Shown: piece after piece, positions 57,441-59,796 of the stretch
Numbering within the stretch: position 1 is the stretch's first letter
Layout: the number at the start of each line of letters is the position of its first letter
Source: a virus
Taxonomy: Duplodnaviria > Caudoviricetes
Virus record (IMG/VR): IMGVR_UViG_3300032214_001248
Span: 1 to 59,796 of that record
Length of the DNA stretch: 59,796 bases
Strand: one strand, 5' to 3'
Notes under the pieces: generated by a model
What the model saw: the letters and a program-made list of their open reading frames with translations, nothing else
What the model was told of the DNA's origin: nothing
The model's database searches: none
Translations under genes and position numbers: made by a program

Positions 57441-58099
57441 TCTTTTTGATTATCAATAACTGCTTCCCAATCCTTCTGAAAGAGTTCTAGACCCTTATCA
57501 GTCATAATGTTCTTATACATTGCCCAGAATACAACTGGTGGAATTGTAACAACATCAGCACCATTGAGGAAAGATTGTTCTACTTGTCTTACATCACGAA
57601 GAGATGCTGCAAGAATTTGTGTTTCGGTAAATGCATGATCATACACCTTACGAATGTTCTTGATGAGTTCAATTCCATCCACAGAATTGTCCATCCAACG
57701 ACCTACGAAAGGTGAGATGAATGTTGCACCTGCTTTAGATGCAAGAATTGCTTGTGCAACTGAGAACACCAAAGTTACATTAACTTTAATTCCTTTATCG
57801 GAAAGTGTTTTACATACCTTAAGTCCTTCTACAGTACAGGGAACTTTAATTGTAACTGCAGGTGCAATTGTATAATAATCTTGTGCTTGTGAGAGCATTT
57901 CTTCGGCAGTATCGGCAACAACTTCAGCGGAAATGCTTTCTAAATTTGAAAATGTGGTGGAAATTTCTCCAATGACTTCTTGGAGTTGTCTTCCACTTTT
58001 GAGAATTAGAGATGGGTTTGTAGTGACCCCATCTAATAGTCCAGTATCATATGCTGGGCCAATCATTGAAACATCAGCAGTATCTAAAAAAATCTTCAT
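57437..58099 (-). CDS. talC: transaldolase (TalC/Fsa family)
   Basis: MKIFLDTAD, GVTTNPSL, IKVP.T.EGL, NVTLVFS, SPFVGR and LAASLR; start at ATG 58099. Confidence 0.97.
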   Translation of the reverse strand: MKIFLDTADVSMIGPAYDTGLLDGVTTNPSLILKSGRQLQEVIGEISTTFSNLESISAEVVADTAEEMLSQAQDYYTIAPAVTIKVPCTVEGLKVCKTLSDKGIKVNVTLVFSVAQAILASKAGATFISPFVGRWMDNSVDGIELIKNIRKVYDHAFTETQILAASLRDVRQVEQSFLNGADVVTIPPVVFWAMYKNIMTDKGLELFQKDWEAVIDNQKE

Positions 58100-58122
58100 A
58101 TAAAAGTAAAAACTCATAAGTA

Positions 58123-58151
58123 ATTATACGGAGTTCTTACTAAGGTGTCAG
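58123..58151 (-). promoter_or_regulatory. sigma70-type promoter for talC-zwf-gnd
   Basis: CTGACA-N17-TATAAT upstream of talC. Confidence 0.65.
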
Positions 58152-58189
58152 ATTTTGTTATGAATTGAAGACATAATAAGTCTCATATG

Positions 58190-58744
58190 TTAGGTAGAGT
58201 AACATTTGAGATTTTCTACTAATGTTTGGAGTTCTTGTAGGGAAGCGTCACATTTTATCCAATTTGCCCTTGAAGACACAACCCATATGTTATCTGGAGT
58301 ATAACCTTTTCCTGGATCTTTTTGATCTAAACTAGGATTTCTTGGATCTCTTTTATCATTTGTTGATACAAGAGGTATTCCAAGCAAAGGACAAATTTCT
58401 GGAATAACAATATCATCTATAGTTATAGTAAAAGGTATTCTCTTCCTTTTTGCTCTATGTTGAGCATTATGGAACATCTTATATCTTCTATCATCTACCT
58501 TGCGTGTTCCAGGTTCCTTTCTACTTCTTGGATTATTTGGAGATACTTCTCTCAACCTTTCCAATCTTAAACATCCACAGGATATTATTTTTCCAGATAC
58601 AATATCGTGCCTTCTTGTTTTAGTAGTTTTACCTCCACAAGAACAAGAACATTCACATAATACATACTTCTTACAAGGAGATTGATATTCTTTTTGTATC
58701 GTCAATCTATTAAAAGTCTGCCCTACTATACTATTTTTTATCAT
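58190..58744 (-). CDS. putative free-standing homing endonuclease (HNH/His-Me-like)
   Basis: N-terminal GQTFNRLTI...CECSCSCG...SCGC module and C-terminal ICPLLG...PSLDQKDPGKGYTPDNIWVVS.RAN..K nuclease-like motif. Confidence 0.8.
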   Translation of the reverse strand: MIKNSIVGQTFNRLTIQKEYQSPCKKYVLCECSCSCGGKTTKTRRHDIVSGKIISCGCLRLERLREVSPNNPRSRKEPGTRKVDDRRYKMFHNAQHRAKRKRIPFTITIDDIVIPEICPLLGIPLVSTNDKRDPRNPSLDQKDPGKGYTPDNIWVVSSRANWIKCDASLQELQTLVENLKCYST

Positions 58745-58799
58745 ACCTTCAATTATATCTATTATTATTTATAATTTTTATTTTTTTGAATGAAGGTAT
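58743..58799 (-). promoter_or_regulatory. late promoter (TATAAATA, 58766-58773) between inverted repeats covering the endonuclease RBS and start
   Basis: ATACCTTCA...TGAAGGTAT 9-bp inverted repeat; the downstream arm includes GAAGGT and the AT of ATG. Confidence 0.6.
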
Positions 58800-58807
58800 T
58801 ATAACAT

Positions 58808-58833
58808 AAAAAAGACCCTTATATAAGGGTCTT
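58808..58833 (-). terminator. intrinsic terminator after psbD
   Basis: AAGACCCTT-ATAT-AAGGGTCTT followed by a T tract. Confidence 0.8.
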
Positions 58834-58841
58834 GAAAATTA

Positions 58842-59795
58842 TCAAAGAGCATTCCCTCTCGGAAGAACTTCTTCTGGTAGAACCAGATTCATTTGAGGTT
58901 GGTCTACACTAAACATCCAAGCACGAATTCCTTCGTTGAGCAGTATATTTTTAGAATAAAATGTTTCAAACTCAGGATCTTCAGCAGCACGAATCTCTTG
59001 ACTTACAAAGTCGTAAGCACGCAGATTAAGAGCAAGACCGATGATACCGATACTGGAAGTCCAAAGACCCATAACAGGGACGAAAAGCATAAAGAAATGC
59101 AACCAACGCTTGTTACTGAAAGCAATACCAAAAATCTGCGACCAGAATCGGTTTGCAGTAACCATTGAATAGGTTTCCTCTTCTTGAGTTGGTTCAAAGG
59201 CTTTAAAAGTGTTTGCTTGTTCACTGTCTTCAAATAGCGTGTTTTCTACAGTTGCTCCGTGAATCGCACAGAGTAGTGCTCCACCCAGTATACCAGCAAC
59301 TCCCATCATATGGAAGGGGTTGAGCGTCCAATTGTGGAAACCCTGTAGGAAGAGCAGGAAACGGAAGATGGCGGCGACACCAAAGGAAGGTGCAAAGAAC
59401 CAACTGGATTGCCCTAGAGGGTACATCAGGAACACACTGACGAAGACTGCGATGGGTCCAGAGAAGGCAATCGCATTATAAGGACGAATGCCCACAAGAC
59501 GGGCAATCTCAAACTGCCTAAGCATAAATCCGATCAGACTAAAGGCCCCGTGGAGTGCCACAAAAGTCCAGAGTCCCCCAAGTTGGAACCACCTGACGAT
59601 ATCCCCTTGAGCCTCAGGACCCCAGAGCAGAAGAAGAGAATGACCCATAGCGTCTGCTGGAGTACTAACTGCCGCAGTAAGAAAGTTTGCACCCTCAAGA
59701 TAGGAACTTGCCAACCCGTGAGTATACCAACTCGTAACGAAAGTCGTCCCAGTAAGCCAACCACCAAGAGCAAGGTAAGCAGTGGGAAAAAGAAG
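58842..59795 (-). CDS. psbD: photosystem II D2 protein (5' end beyond window)
   Basis: Frame open to the window edge ([35 protein letters not shown]...), with [10 protein letters not shown] and C-terminal [10 protein letters not shown]. Confidence 0.98.
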   Translation of the reverse strand, partial: LLFPTAYLALGGWLTGTTFVTSWYTHGLASSYLEGANFLTAAVSTPADAMGHSLLLLWGPEAQGDIVRWFQLGGLWTFVALHGAFSLIGFMLRQFEIARLVGIRPYNAIAFSGPIAVFVSVFLMYPLGQSSWFFAPSFGVAAIFRFLLFLQGFHNWTLNPFHMMGVAGILGGALLCAIHGATVENTLFEDSEQANTFKAFEPTQEEETYSMVTANRFWSQIFGIAFSNKRWLHFFMLFVPVMGLWTSSIGIIGLALNLRAYDFVSQEIRAAEDPEFETFYSKNILLNEGIRAWMFSVDQPQMNLVLPEEVLPRGNAL

Positions 59796-59796
59796 A

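Overview
A ~60 kb segment of an AT-rich, T4-like (Kyanoviridae-type) cyanophage genome, almost all on the minus strand. From the right end it holds: an auxiliary-metabolism block (psbD, talC-zwf-gnd, glutaredoxin, speD, thyX, phoH); T4 core replication and transcription genes (exonuclease, gp33, gp59, gp32); a baseplate/tail module (gp53, gp48, gp2, gp4, gp26/gp51, tape-measure-like proteins, gp5, with cp12 embedded); a tRNA region; a Mom-like DNA-modification gene; three giant fibre/structural genes; and a glycosyltransferase/oxygenase cluster. The most notable signals are absent from the ORF track. (1) A tRNA-Leu(UAA) gene is split in the anticodon by a 200-nt ORF-less group I (IC3-type) intron and is followed by a free-standing HNH endonuclease whose translation start region lies in a perfect 18-bp hairpin containing a late promoter. 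(2) A candidate -1 ribosomal frameshift (T TTT TTC) would fuse gp26 to gp51 just upstream of tape-measure-like genes. (3) A second endonuclease lies behind a psbD with an unusually divergent C-terminus. (4) A decayed HNH remnant lies behind thyX. (5) A duplicated terminator-plus-promoter cassette flanks an orphan gene. All product calls come from motif recognition by eye; no searches were run.
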